A stretch of 64,000 nucleotides of DNA from Trichoplax adhaerens (taxonomy: Eukaryota > Animalia > Placozoa), in contig NW_002060945.1 in NCBI RefSeq assembly GCF_000150275.1, forward strand, positions 1,554,199-1,618,198, written 5' to 3'. Below are positions 53,366 to 64,000 of the stretch, one piece after another. How positions within the stretch are numbered: position 1 is the first letter of the stretch; every line of letters begins with the position of its first letter. A program made the translations under genes and the position numbers. Under the pieces are notes generated by a model, which was not told the DNA's origin, searched no databases, and saw nothing but the letters and a program-made list of their open reading frames with translations.

Positions 53366-53632
53366 TACAGTGTACAGTACGTGCGTTTGGCTGTTCGCAC
53401 TGTAGCTGGTGATTGTGCACTGTACTATACAGTACACTGTGTAGCATTCATGAGCTTCTTCCTTGGTCAGCTCGTCTTTCCAGAATCTAGATATTGGCTG
53501 GCAGCAAGAATTTCATGTTACAGTATCTATGTCATACAGTATATTATACTGTACTGTAGAGTACCCATACTGTACTTTAATAAACATAGTACTGTACATG
53601 GTAAAAAGTTTTTCCTCCAGTACAGTACCGTA
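53366..53632. repeat. GTAC-N arrays in the RPL41/MOCS2 divergent region
   Basis: tacagtgtacagtac, cactgtactatacagtacactgtg, tactgtactgtagagtac, cagtacagtaccgta. Confidence 0.85.
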
Positions 53633-53647
53633 TGCAGGCAGCATCAC

Positions 53648-53932
53648 GGTAACCAAAGTTACCAATATTTTAGGCATAAATTATAGGAATATTGGAAAGT
53701 AGTTGGTATTCATGAATGCTAATCACTTGGCTGTGGATCAGCAAAGTAAACAAGAAATACAGAGTGCAGCAAGAGGCTGGTCCTGAGATCGATGATGGCC
53801 CAGGATCATGGGTTATCGTCGAGATCAAGCCTGATGTGCATTTTAACAGCTAAGCCGGCTGTCAGATCATCCTGTTCATAAGTCCATGACTTCTCTTTTG
53901 GGAAATTGGATTATGACAGAGAGGGTACAATT
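53648..53932 (+). ncRNA. Candidate structured RNA with an H/ACA-like 3' domain
   Basis: Several hairpins with G-U pairs, including a 14-bp stem 53789-53802/53809-53822. Box H-like AGATCA at 53864-53869, a 3' hairpin, and ACA at 53927-53929 followed by ATT. Confidence 0.4.
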
Positions 53933-54283
53933 TTTTGTTGAGTAGCCATCGACTACCAGATACATACAGTGTTGTACATACTGTACACATAGAAGTCCAT
54001 GCTATAGTACAAATGTCTGATGTCGAAGTGCCTACGTTTGCACTTCTACGCTCCAGACCAACAAGAAAGTTAATACAGAGTGCGGACAGACTAGACTGCT
54101 ATCGTAGAGTTCACGCCACTAGCTCGAAAACGGAATACTCCACTCGGACGGAGATCAGTGTTTACTTCGGATTTTAAGAGACAGTATATAGTATAGACTA
54201 CCCAGCGAAGCTGGCTGGCTGTCTGAGTAATCAGTGAGCATACCTCTACTGAACGTTATACAGTATTTACGCGGCATGAGCGA

Positions 54284-55412
54284 ATGGAGCTAGACGTAAG
54301 TTCGAAATTTCAAGCATTTATTGAACAGTAGCAATACTACTTCGTATCTTTAAAGTCTGATGATGTATGCTCGTATGTGTCTTGCTGAATCGTAAGTTCA
54401 TTCGTGTCATAATGCTATACTACCAATAGGGTTAACAGTAAAGCGATCTTAAGCAAGCAGCTCTCCAATACAGTACGCATATTGCTTGCAGTTCTATGAT
54501 AATAATGTACAGTAACTAATAAGCATATCAACGACTATGTTGATGATGCACAACATAGAAAAGACATGAGAGTTGGCCACGCAGTGACTGTAATGAGATC
54601 ATGTAATCATTCTAAGATGATCAATATATCGCTGAATGCTTAGCAACACGTTATCATAGTATGCGCTCTGGCCATAGGCGTATTAACAGTAAGCAGTAAT
54701 AAATCAATCAATCACTTTTTGTATCGTATCAGTCCACTACTATGGAATAGTAAAACAATCAGAAGGGTCCGATAGGAGGAAATATTGTAGTCTGGTAGCA
54801 ACCAAGATGCACCGATACTGTAGTATTGAAGCTGCAACATAATTGCTTAATTGAGAAAATTCAAATTTTGAATTAAAAGTAAATAATCAGCCTCAATCAC
54901 CTAATTCATCTCTTTACTGTGTATCAACACTTTACTGTTGCAGTGTCATGCATGCATGTACGGTACATTATTTGTTATCAATCATTTATACATATCTTAA
55001 CATCCGACTTTTAGATTAAGTTATTATTCTTTGCCGAAAGTCGAGAATTGGTGGGTAGTAATCAAGGCAATATTATTGTGAAAGAGGCAGCGTTGAGAAA
55101 CCTCACTGGAAGGACACTGATAAGTCTTATAACTGAAAAATACTCAAAGTAAATTTAAATTTATCTCGTTACTCTAGTGCGGTGCAAACCATCTGATCTG
55201 TAGCAGTAGATTCATTCGAAGATTTTTTTTACACGATTCTACAGTCTTGAGCTGCTACTAATGTAAATTATTAAAAAATGAAATATAGATTACAACCTCT
55301 TGCAAATAACCTAATTGTTGCAGTGAACGAACAATACCTTGAAGGTGATTCAACTGTTGAGCTAAAAAGAGGAGATACAATTGCTATTATTCCTCCGCTT
55401 AGTGGTGGATAA
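54284..55412 (+). CDS. MOCS2A: Molybdopterin synthase sulfur carrier subunit (89 aa)
   Basis: Exons 54284-54295, 55015-55148 and 55289-55412 give MELDIKLLFFAESRELVG...IVAVNEQY...GDTIAIIPPLSGG* (MoaD/ThiS fold with C-terminal GG). Confidence 0.92.
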
Positions 55413-55980
55413 CTATACTTTGTAAGTAGCATCACGATTTGAGCCTGAGCTAGCTGTAATTTGAAGTTGATACTATTCCAATCGATCCGTAGAGTATCGT
55501 TTTATGCTATGTTAGTTGACTATGAATGATAATTATCTCTTCAACTTGATAAGTATACCTCATTCTATTATCCATTAATACAACTGGCTTAGTATTGCAT
55601 CGGAAGTCAACTTTACATTTATTAGTTATGGTTATACCGTATATTTTCATCACATAATGTTGTCTTTTTGTTATAATTGACTACATTTCTGGACTAATTA
55701 TGGATGTAATAAGTATCGCCTCATTGCTTCTTCACTTAGCCGTTTGAAGTTCAAAAACAAGCAGATAGTAATTTTTAGACAACTTAAAATGATTTCGCAT
55801 ATTTGCGATAGTTAAATCACTTCTAGATTGTCACTGTATACTCACTGCTGTTTTATTTGTCAGTCTATATATACATTTATTGTTTAGCTCCTTTTAACGA
55901 TTATTTATGTAAAAGCTTGGGCTTGCTCAATCTTAGATTGATGCTATTACATACCAATTTAGGTATATACTAAGGACATA

Positions 55981-57012
55981 ATGGCCCAGGTGACGAATGA
56001 TGCAGACATAATTGAAATTTGTCATGAACCTCTTGATATAGCGAAATTATCGTCCCTGGTGTCGACGCCGTCAGCTGGAGCAATTTCAACCTTTACCGGT
56101 AAGCTAATTATTACAACATCATATTGCAACACTTGTCTATTTCAGTAAGGAAAAGAATCTAGATTGCCGATACTAATGTTTTGATATACGCAATTTAGGA
56201 ATTACAAGAGACAATTTTGAAGGTTAGTTTCAACTATTGATAACTGTATGCTGTACTAACGTCTTAGTATAATAAGCCAACGGTACCTTATATGTTATAT
56301 TATATGTCGTTGAGCGGATATTAAGTTCAATGATAAAATCCTCAGAACAGCCCTAGCTTTGATAGGTTTAAATGCAATTACTATCGGGTCAGCTATCCTT
56401 AAGAAACATGATAGCAACATAATAAAATCTTCTGTTGAATAACTGCAGGAAAGAAAGTTCTGAGGTTAGAGTACGATGCTTATATTCCTATGGCGATGTC
56501 AGAGTTAAAGACAATTTGTGCTACCATTCGGAATAAGTGGGCAGTCAAAAAGATAGCCATTTTCCATCGGATTGGGTAAATACAGTACATTTTTAGTCAG
56601 TTGCAGTCGGTTATTATTACACAGAAATATACGGCCGTACTCGAGAAAAAATTATCTCTATATGGGCACTATTGTTGCTAAATTAGCTTTATGTAATTCC
56701 ACGTTTTAGTCTTGTTCCTGTTGAAGAGGCTAGCGTTATCATAGCAATTTCCTCAGCACACAGAGCCGATAGCTTGGCAGCTGTTCAGTTTTGTATTGAT
56801 ACTCTTAAAGCGAAAGTGCCAATATGGAAGAAGGTCATCTTACGATCGCCAAATATACCTATATTGTCTCTACTAGCTCTTATACAGTAAATTTAATGCC
56901 TGGCTAAACTGATAATTAGTTAACCCATTTCACTGCCAATATTTAGGAGATTTATGAAGATGGTAGCACTTGGAAGGAGAATCGTGAATGTAGTTGGTCT
57001 CAATCAAAATAA
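55981..57012 (+). CDS. MOCS2B: Molybdopterin synthase catalytic subunit, 5 exons
   Basis: [88 protein letters not shown] (MoaE family). Confidence 0.95.
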
Positions 57013-57621
57013 AGTATAACAATTTCAAGCTTCAAATTGTTGTAACGTTTCGCCTTGCGATCTAATTTTGCCAATTAAAATACAGACAAAATAAGTATAA
57101 GTATAATGCTAACGAAATAGTGTAGATGGAGATTACACGGCTGGATGGCAGCTCAATAACTTGTCCAATAATTATAATGTATTCTTTCCGTGACTATTTA
57201 ACACCTTTCATGTTTTCAGGCTACTAAATTTAAATTGATATTTTTATGCACCTCCTTTTTAAATAATTATGAAAATATACATTCAGCCAACCACATTATT
57301 AATTGTAGCATAATATGGTCTATCTAACGCAAAATTTAGGCTTTTGTCATAAATAAGAAATTATAGTTTTAATATTGCCATGAATTGTCGTAGAACAAGT
57401 ATTCAATTTCAATAATCCAGTCCAGCACATTATCAAAAGGTTAGGTCAAGAACCGAATGCAAAAAATTTATCAAAAATAATTTGAGCACTGGGTATTGTA
57501 ATAGTATTTACTTTAACGTTCACTTTTAGCAGAAGTTATTACATGGTCTTTGAATATTTATATATAGTTATATTTATATCGATATAATTTTATGTACAAC
57601 GATTAAAATCAATCAATTGAT

Positions 57622-60600
57622 TCAATAAAGTAAGGCTACTTTGCTGTCAAGTCTTTTGCTTGCACTCTTGATAAATATAAGAATGTCCTCAAACTGAAAA
57701 TCGTTGCATCAACCTGCATTTCACTGTAGTCCAATCTGTTTAATAAAATATTACATTATACATATATATATATATAAGAATGGTCTCTAAGCTATGCACA
57801 TAAAACTAAAAGATCACCTGTCAAATTTTTCACGTAAAATTTTTAATTGCTGGCTTTCAATGGGCGTAATGGATTCTTCTAATTCTCTGATAGTTTCATC
57901 AATACTAACATTACCATCAGTATTAGCTAATACAGATTTCTTCATAGTCTTCAATCGCTCAGATTTGTCTAATAATCGCCTGTAGAAGAGTGACATAGTT
58001 ATATTAATAGTACCATATCATACAAAACAAAATTGTAACATTTCACGTTGCCTGTTGGAGTTAACTTCCCAATCGCGTCTAATAATAGAGTTTGCAATAG
58101 CCTGTGGCAAGAATAAACATGCATTGAGAACATTGTCAGAATAATTTTTATTCACAAACGATTAGCTATAAATATTACTTGAGGAAATTAACAAGAGTAA
58201 GATACCTTGTATGATCGACTTAAAACTACAGTACAAGTATCCAAAATATCGAGACTAAATAGATGAAAAGTTTTAGAAGCAACACAATCCAGGCTGCGTG
58301 GAATCTCCTAAATCGGATAATAATTAATAGGGTCAGATAAGCCATGCCAAATATTAAATAACAACGTTGATTTAGTACCTGCATTCTAATGAATTTCTCA
58401 ACCATTAAGGTATATAAAATAGCTTTAGCATCTTTTGACGGCAGCATAGCCATATCACAAATTTTTTTCTGCTCTAGGCTCTTTTTATGAACTATGATTC
58501 GAAAGATGCGACCAAAGTTTGAACCAAATCTGTATAAAATTATAATAATCTCTCAATCTATTAAAATGAAGTTGAATATCTAATATGCAATAAAATGGTT
58601 CTTCTTACCTTTGTTGTACAAGGCATTCTAAAGTCCTCTTTACTATTTCGGAAAAGATGTGGAGTATATCTGGATCACCAGTGTTAAGTTGCTAACAATC
58701 ACTTATTTGCAAACAATGCTTACAAATTATAATATTACAAATCCACATTAAATATTCCGATGACTAAGAGTTGTAAATTTAAAGTGGTCCTGAATGTGTT
58801 AATTAATTTGCTTTAGCTAAAAATGCCAGTTGGTAAAGATACTGACTGTATAATCAGGACTGGTACCAGAAAGAATCTTGATAGTACACAAAATAAGCAA
58901 TTGCCCAATATTTATGAAGTAAAGATTTAAATTTGTTAGCAAAAAGTCCCAACAATGAGCCATTCTTATTTCTAATCAAAATAATGATTGTTTTTAAGCT
59001 ATTGATTTATTAGATTACTTTATCCTCGTATAAAATTGTCAAATATTCTTCTAGTATTGATTTGGTTACATTAACTTCTTTAGGAAGGTGAGATTTAATC
59101 TATAAATTAATCATAGCACAGTCGATGGTTACTGAAATTATTTACTTATCATGGCTATCAACAACTTACCTCCTTTAACCGAACTGCGTTTGTTATAATA
59201 TCACTTTCTTGTGGATTAGCATCTAATTCAAGCATGCTCCTCATAATAGCCGCAGCAATCTATAATGAGAAGGAATCATTGAAGTAGTTTATGACAGTGG
59301 CATAACGCCACATTAAATTGAAATTTGTTAGCCTTTAGTATTTATTTTACTAAGGTAAGAATTTAGATGTAAGAGAAATTAGTATCATACATACCGAGTC
59401 ATATTTTTTACCGATCACTTCAACAATCATCTATAATAAAACGTAAGACAGCAATCGTTTAGTTATTTAGCAAATGTTACTTATACGGCCAATATATGTC
59501 GGAATAAGGTCCGTTAGCGATAAAAGTAATACCTCATTTCTAAAGTGAATATGAAATCTGCTAAAGTTAATACGCCAAAAGGATTGTGATTCATCTATGG
59601 AAGGCTAGGATAAAAAGAGTGATAAACGGGTCAACAAATGACGTCGCTATAAGAAATGTAAGAATAGATGTAGTAGATTTGCTTACCATATAATTTATTT
59701 CATTCGTCCTTTTAAATCAATTTTAATTTTAAATAGAAAGAATCCAATTAAAGAAGACTAGTCAATAAAATAGCAATAAATCTGTAAGCTGATAACACTA
59801 TTATTTATAGCTCCCTTACCCTTCTTCTAGATGAAGTCGTTTACTAACAGGAGCACTGGGAATATCTTCTGATCTTTGACGTTTATTACCTATTTATTGG
59901 TATGTGAAAATGTTGATAATTATATTATAGCATTTAAATGCAGTAAATCATGAGCCAAGTCGATTGTACAGGAATCGCCGATTGCGAGCTTTACTAATTC
60001 ACAGATAAATGCTATCGTGTAATTTCAATTACCTTTTTTGGGCGTAGAAACCTCTTCACTTGGTTTATTATTGGTAGTAGGTGTCATTTTATCAACTTGT
60101 TCAACTTCACTTTTCACTAGCATTCTTCCACCCCCTACTTCGATAATGAAGTTATTTCTAGCTAATTCATCAAAAGCCGTATCGACTTCAGTGGGATCTA
60201 TTTATCAAATTCAAAGTGCAATAATAAAATAAGCCATCATTCCGAGTAAATACATACTTACAGTACAAGGCGTCGAGTAGCAAATATACCTTGATAGTTA
60301 TCTCTACGTATGATATCACTTAAGGAGTGACAACTGGCAATACTACAACAAGCTAGATTAATGAGTATCTCAGAGCATTCGATCTTTTACAGGAATATAA
60401 AAAGTTAATTACTAGCTTCAGTCAAGTAGTTGGTGAAAGCCAGGCCAGGCCTTTATAGTGTGGACTAGTATTATTAATTAATTTTATTATTATTAGAAGA
60501 AGCTCAATGAATTACCTGGAGGAGTATTATCTTTCTCTACGATGTCGGCTAATCTACTTTTTATTTGATCTAAGAGTTCGTTTTTGATTATTTGACCATT

Positions 60601-61102
60601 TAGTAGTATTTCTTCAACGATTAATTCAGCGATATCACCAAAGAGAAATTTGCTAGCGTAAATATAGCGAGGATACCGGTTGCATAACAGAATTCGATCG
60701 ATCTTTAATCGATAGAGGTAGCCGTTGGTATTACTGAGCGTGTAATCAATCAGATCATGTTGCAAGAGGATACACAAGGAGTTTTTCACCTAATAAGTGG
60801 ATCAGAAGACAGGAAAATAAGGGTAAAGAAAATGTTCAAGGTTATTTACCTGATGGATAATTAGAACTTTCCATCTTCAAGTCAATTTATTACACTATCA
60901 TACACGTATTCTTTCATCTGGTAGCAAAGCAAGCATGCCTCCCATTCAAGATACAGACCTCATCCTTGCTCAACTTGGATCGTTGAATAATATCTCTCAG
61001 TGGTGCTCCACCTTTTTGAGCTAAACAGCTTACAACATGCTCTACTACTTCTCCAAATAGAAGTCGTGCTAACTTGATAACACATAAGTTGATATCAGAC
61101 AT
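57622..61102 (-). CDS. POLR3C: RNA polymerase III subunit RPC3/RPC62, multi-exon
   Basis: LFGEVVEHV...VKNSLCILLQHDL, RYPRYIY...ELIVEEILLNGQ, FWRINFSRFH, VQQRFGSNFGRIFRI, MAMLPSKDAK, MQEIPR, LDYSEMQVDATIF. Confidence 0.9.
57980..58051 (-). other. GC-AG intron in POLR3C
   Basis: aac ag|gcaacg ... ctacag|g cga tta. The nearby GT donor would frameshift into a stop. Confidence 0.7.
58670..58842 (-). other. U12-type GT-AG intron in the POLR3C CDS
   Basis: gtc a|GTATCTTT ... ACTTAAC about 14 nt before CAG|at ata, with no polypyrimidine tract. Splicing gives YTVNIL. Confidence 0.8.
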
Positions 61103-61108
61103 TGGACA

Positions 61109-61183
61109 GTAATGCAATAAGTTAAGGACGCGGTTGGGAAAGATTGGCCTAATTTCGACCAGCTAACAGAAACCGTAAGATAT
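61109..61183 (-). other. Putative U12-type AT-AC intron in the POLR3C 5'UTR
   Basis: gtg|ATATCTTA ... TCCTTAAC (61128-61121) ttattgcattAC|tgtccaATG. Confidence 0.7.
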
Positions 61184-61205
61184 CACGGTGTTGAGCAATT
61201 TTACG

Positions 61206-61370
61206 ATACTGTACCGTACGGCACCGTACCATTACGAGACTGTATCGTACCGTACCGCGCCATACCGTACCGTAGTGCAGTGTCAGGCGTCGTGTACAGT
61301 GTACAGTACAGTACAGTATAACACTGCACAGTATACTGTACTGTAGGTGCAATACTGTACACTGTGCAGT
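61206..61370. repeat. GTAC-N array upstream of POLR3C
   Basis: Proximal units gtaccgtacgg..gtaccgtaccg; distal units gtacagtgtacagtacagtacagta. Confidence 0.9.
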
Positions 61371-63628
61371 TCGTGAATGGATCTCCATAGTTTGTTCATA
61401 GCTTGGACCATTTGAAGATGGATTTGTGATATTTTTAGAAGTGCATTAACGCTAGCATAACTTCCTACTGCACATTCAATCACATACTGTAGAGGCAAGA
61501 GAAAAGAAGTTCATTACAGATTTACAGTTGTTGTGCACGAAGGAGTTGTAGGATCAAGGACTGCTAAATAGAAAGAGATTACTAGAAGGATTAGCGTTTT
61601 AGTTTGCTGTGTAACGATCAAGTTGGTTGCGGGTATTAATTGAAGTAGTACGGTATAGTGGAGAGCAGTAGGAACACGGAGAATGAAAAATTCGACTGCT
61701 GTTTACTTGCATCTTGAGCTCGCAATCTTGTCTTCATCTTGCACATCTGAATAAAGTGTGAACATATTTCTTCTCATACCTTGGATATCTCACCTTCTTG
61801 CCATAGAGCCCTACTGCATTTACCATACTCGTATACTTGAGGTATAAAATAAAAGCTTAGGCAAAAAAGGTGTTGCAATAGCAAGGATCACTCTCCTTTC
61901 GAGTAGTCCCTGGTGATAGCTAAGCTAAAGGCAAGCCTATAGAAATATTCAGTTGGTTGGACTAGAATTGGCCTGTAAACATACTTATCATGAGGAAAGA
62001 TAGGCAACAATACAAGCGTATCACATTCACAAAATCAATAAAAGAACTTGTAGTAAATGCGTTTGTTTCCTTAAACTGGAAATACGATGTTAATTTTACA
62101 ATGCTGCCCATGATACGTGCCACATTTGCAAGCATTCATTTTTATCTTTTCATAAATAGCGAAGAAATTTATTAAGCCAGAAGGTGCTTCTTGAATTAAG
62201 CACTGAAGTCGTATTAGGCAGCCCAATTTAAAATTAATAGTTTATTCTCTTAACTTAATCTTGTAGTACTAATTTTACAATACTGCTAGCAGCAGCTCAT
62301 TCTGACATAAAGTTACAATATATGCGACGTTTATAAATCAATTATATTACTTGTAGTCTATACAATAGAAAAGCTAATAAATGATGAAGTTGATCATAAA
62401 AAAAATATTACACTTAACTATTGGAACATAGTACTGAATTGCATTATACGGTATAACGATACTGTTGAACAATGTCGCTTCAGGAAGCGCCAGAAAGAAT
62501 CAAAATTTTAACATTAAAATCCAACTTTGGATGTTACGTTATAATATGCAAATTAAAATGGTCATTCGATCAATATATCGTAAAGTGATAAGAAAGATGT
62601 ACATTGTACAGCTGTCATCATCGCATTTTACAACATCAATGTCGTACATGACTAAACATTAAATTCAAACATAATTTGGGTATAGCTTTATATGATACAG
62701 TTAGACAATCTCAATTGTCCTTCCATCATCGCTAATATGTTTATAAAAAAGTGCAAATGATATTATCATACGTTGTTCCATTAATATTATCGCTATTTCT
62801 TTCAACATTTTCAAAGGACATAATGTCAAGTCTATTATTAAGATTACCGTAAATTAGACGATTTCGATCATGAAATAATAACACCAAATCGGATCAACAG
62901 ATTAAATATATAGGCGTCTATCTACGTCAAGAATAAAATAGATGAAATGAATAGGATAGAGAAGCATATCTTGCTTTGGATTCTTAAAATAAAATCCAAT
63001 AGATTATATTAGTCCAATTTCATACTAATAGCTCGAGTAATATTGTATCAAGGCATCGTTCAATCGTTATAAATAGAAATAAAAAAGTCATTCTGTAAGA
63101 AAAATAGTACATGTGATTATAAAAATAATACAGTCTTTACCTCAAACTTAATTATATTCAATCTTTTTAACAAAATAATATAAATTAAATAATTGCTAAA
63201 ATACAGCCACGAATTGTCGTCTTTGGCGAAGGTAATACAATGCTTAAAAAGAATTTTCTTTACGTATTCACTCACTACATTCTACACTTAGTAAACTCTT
63301 ATTACAGCAATCATCATTTTAAATAATATAAGTAGTATGAATATCGTTCTAAGAAGATGAGTTCAACCATTAACCAAAGATCTTGCGAACTTATCCATTA
63401 CATTATGAACAGTGCAGAATAGTTCTTGTGCGCCAGCCTTTTTTCTATACCACTGCTAAATAATGGATGTAATTGTAAATGTTATAAAAGTAATTCTATA
63501 GTTGAGAAATTAATTTGCAGCCATATTAATTCGTTATACAGTACATAAAAAACCCAGACAACTACCAACCTACTACTTAGAAATTGAAGGGTTAAACTTT
63601 ACTTACCTGTAGACAGAGTCGTGCTTTG

Positions 63629-63767
63629 TTAATCTTCTTCCTTAATAGCATCGACGTTTCCGTAACGAAAGCTTCTAGCTTGTACTCGATTCATCGATTC
63701 CCAAACATCAGCACCAAATAAGTGTGAAAAATCGCGTCGTAGAAACCCCATTATAACTCTATCAATT
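63629..63767 (-). CDS. Last coding exon of an unidentified gene that continues beyond the window
   Basis: Acceptor tcttgtatag|; the only open frame reads IDRVIMGFLRRDFSHLFGADVWESMNRVQARSFRYGNVDAIKEED*. A strong donor (cag|gtaagt) follows 22 nt after the stop. Confidence 0.5.
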
Positions 63768-64000
63768 CTATACAAGATAAAATAGAATAAATTATGATTT
63801 AATAATAAATGCCTGTAAAATTTTTTATATTTATCATACTCGATTAATATAATAGTAAGCCTAAGCATTAACATATTATTACAGTTTGGAACAATAAAAC
63901 CATGATTGAATAGCTGTCTAAACTAAATACCAATAATTAGCGCTAATTAATTGATAGATGGTACATTGGTCATACTTAGTAGGAAATTCCATCATCACGT

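Noticed and set aside
53600-53700. ATATTCCTA on the minus strand (U17/snR30 m1 motif); telomerase RNA idea for the adjacent structure
   Set aside because: No correctly placed m2 (AAACCAT) or closing stem, and no TTAGGG-complementary template.
58102-58205. POLR3C intron with a GTATCTTA donor as a possible additional U12 intron
   Set aside because: It lacks a CCTTRAC-like branch site near the acceptor and has a normal pyrimidine tract; probably U2-type.
61380-61940. Splice-like signals and short ORFs upstream of the POLR3C array
   Set aside because: No coherent reading frame or homology recognisable by eye.

Overview
This is AT-rich, intron-dense eukaryotic genomic DNA. The proteins are metazoan-type and most introns are short, so the source is probably a compact early-branching animal such as the placozoan Trichoplax (inference). 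Gene order: tRNA-Ala(AGC)(-), IDH2(+), ADAT3(-), NUB1(+), haspin(+), importin-beta1/KPNB1(-, first exon interrupted by a 50-N gap), RAB5(+), RWDD2(-), an ankyrin-repeat/coiled-coil gene(+), RPL41(-, 25 aa, missed by the ORF track), MOCS2A/MOCS2B(+), POLR3C(-), and the last coding exon of an unidentified gene(-). I see no gene in roughly the first 6.8 kb. Main observations: (1) Arrays of a palindromic GTAC-N pentamer (TACAG/CTGTA) sit next to most housekeeping-gene 5' ends, and in the KPNB1/RAB5 intergenic region they form the joints of a shuffled, triplicated module. (2) MOCS2 looks dicistronic: MOCS2A has no internal ATG, an overlapping uORF precedes it, and an in-frame TAA-CTA junction leads to MOCS2B. 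(3) There are three U12-type introns, two of them AT-AC and one in a 5'UTR, all with RTATCTT donors. (4) A highly structured, H/ACA-like RNA candidate lies between RPL41 and MOCS2. Gene calls come from manual splicing and remembered family motifs; no database search was run.
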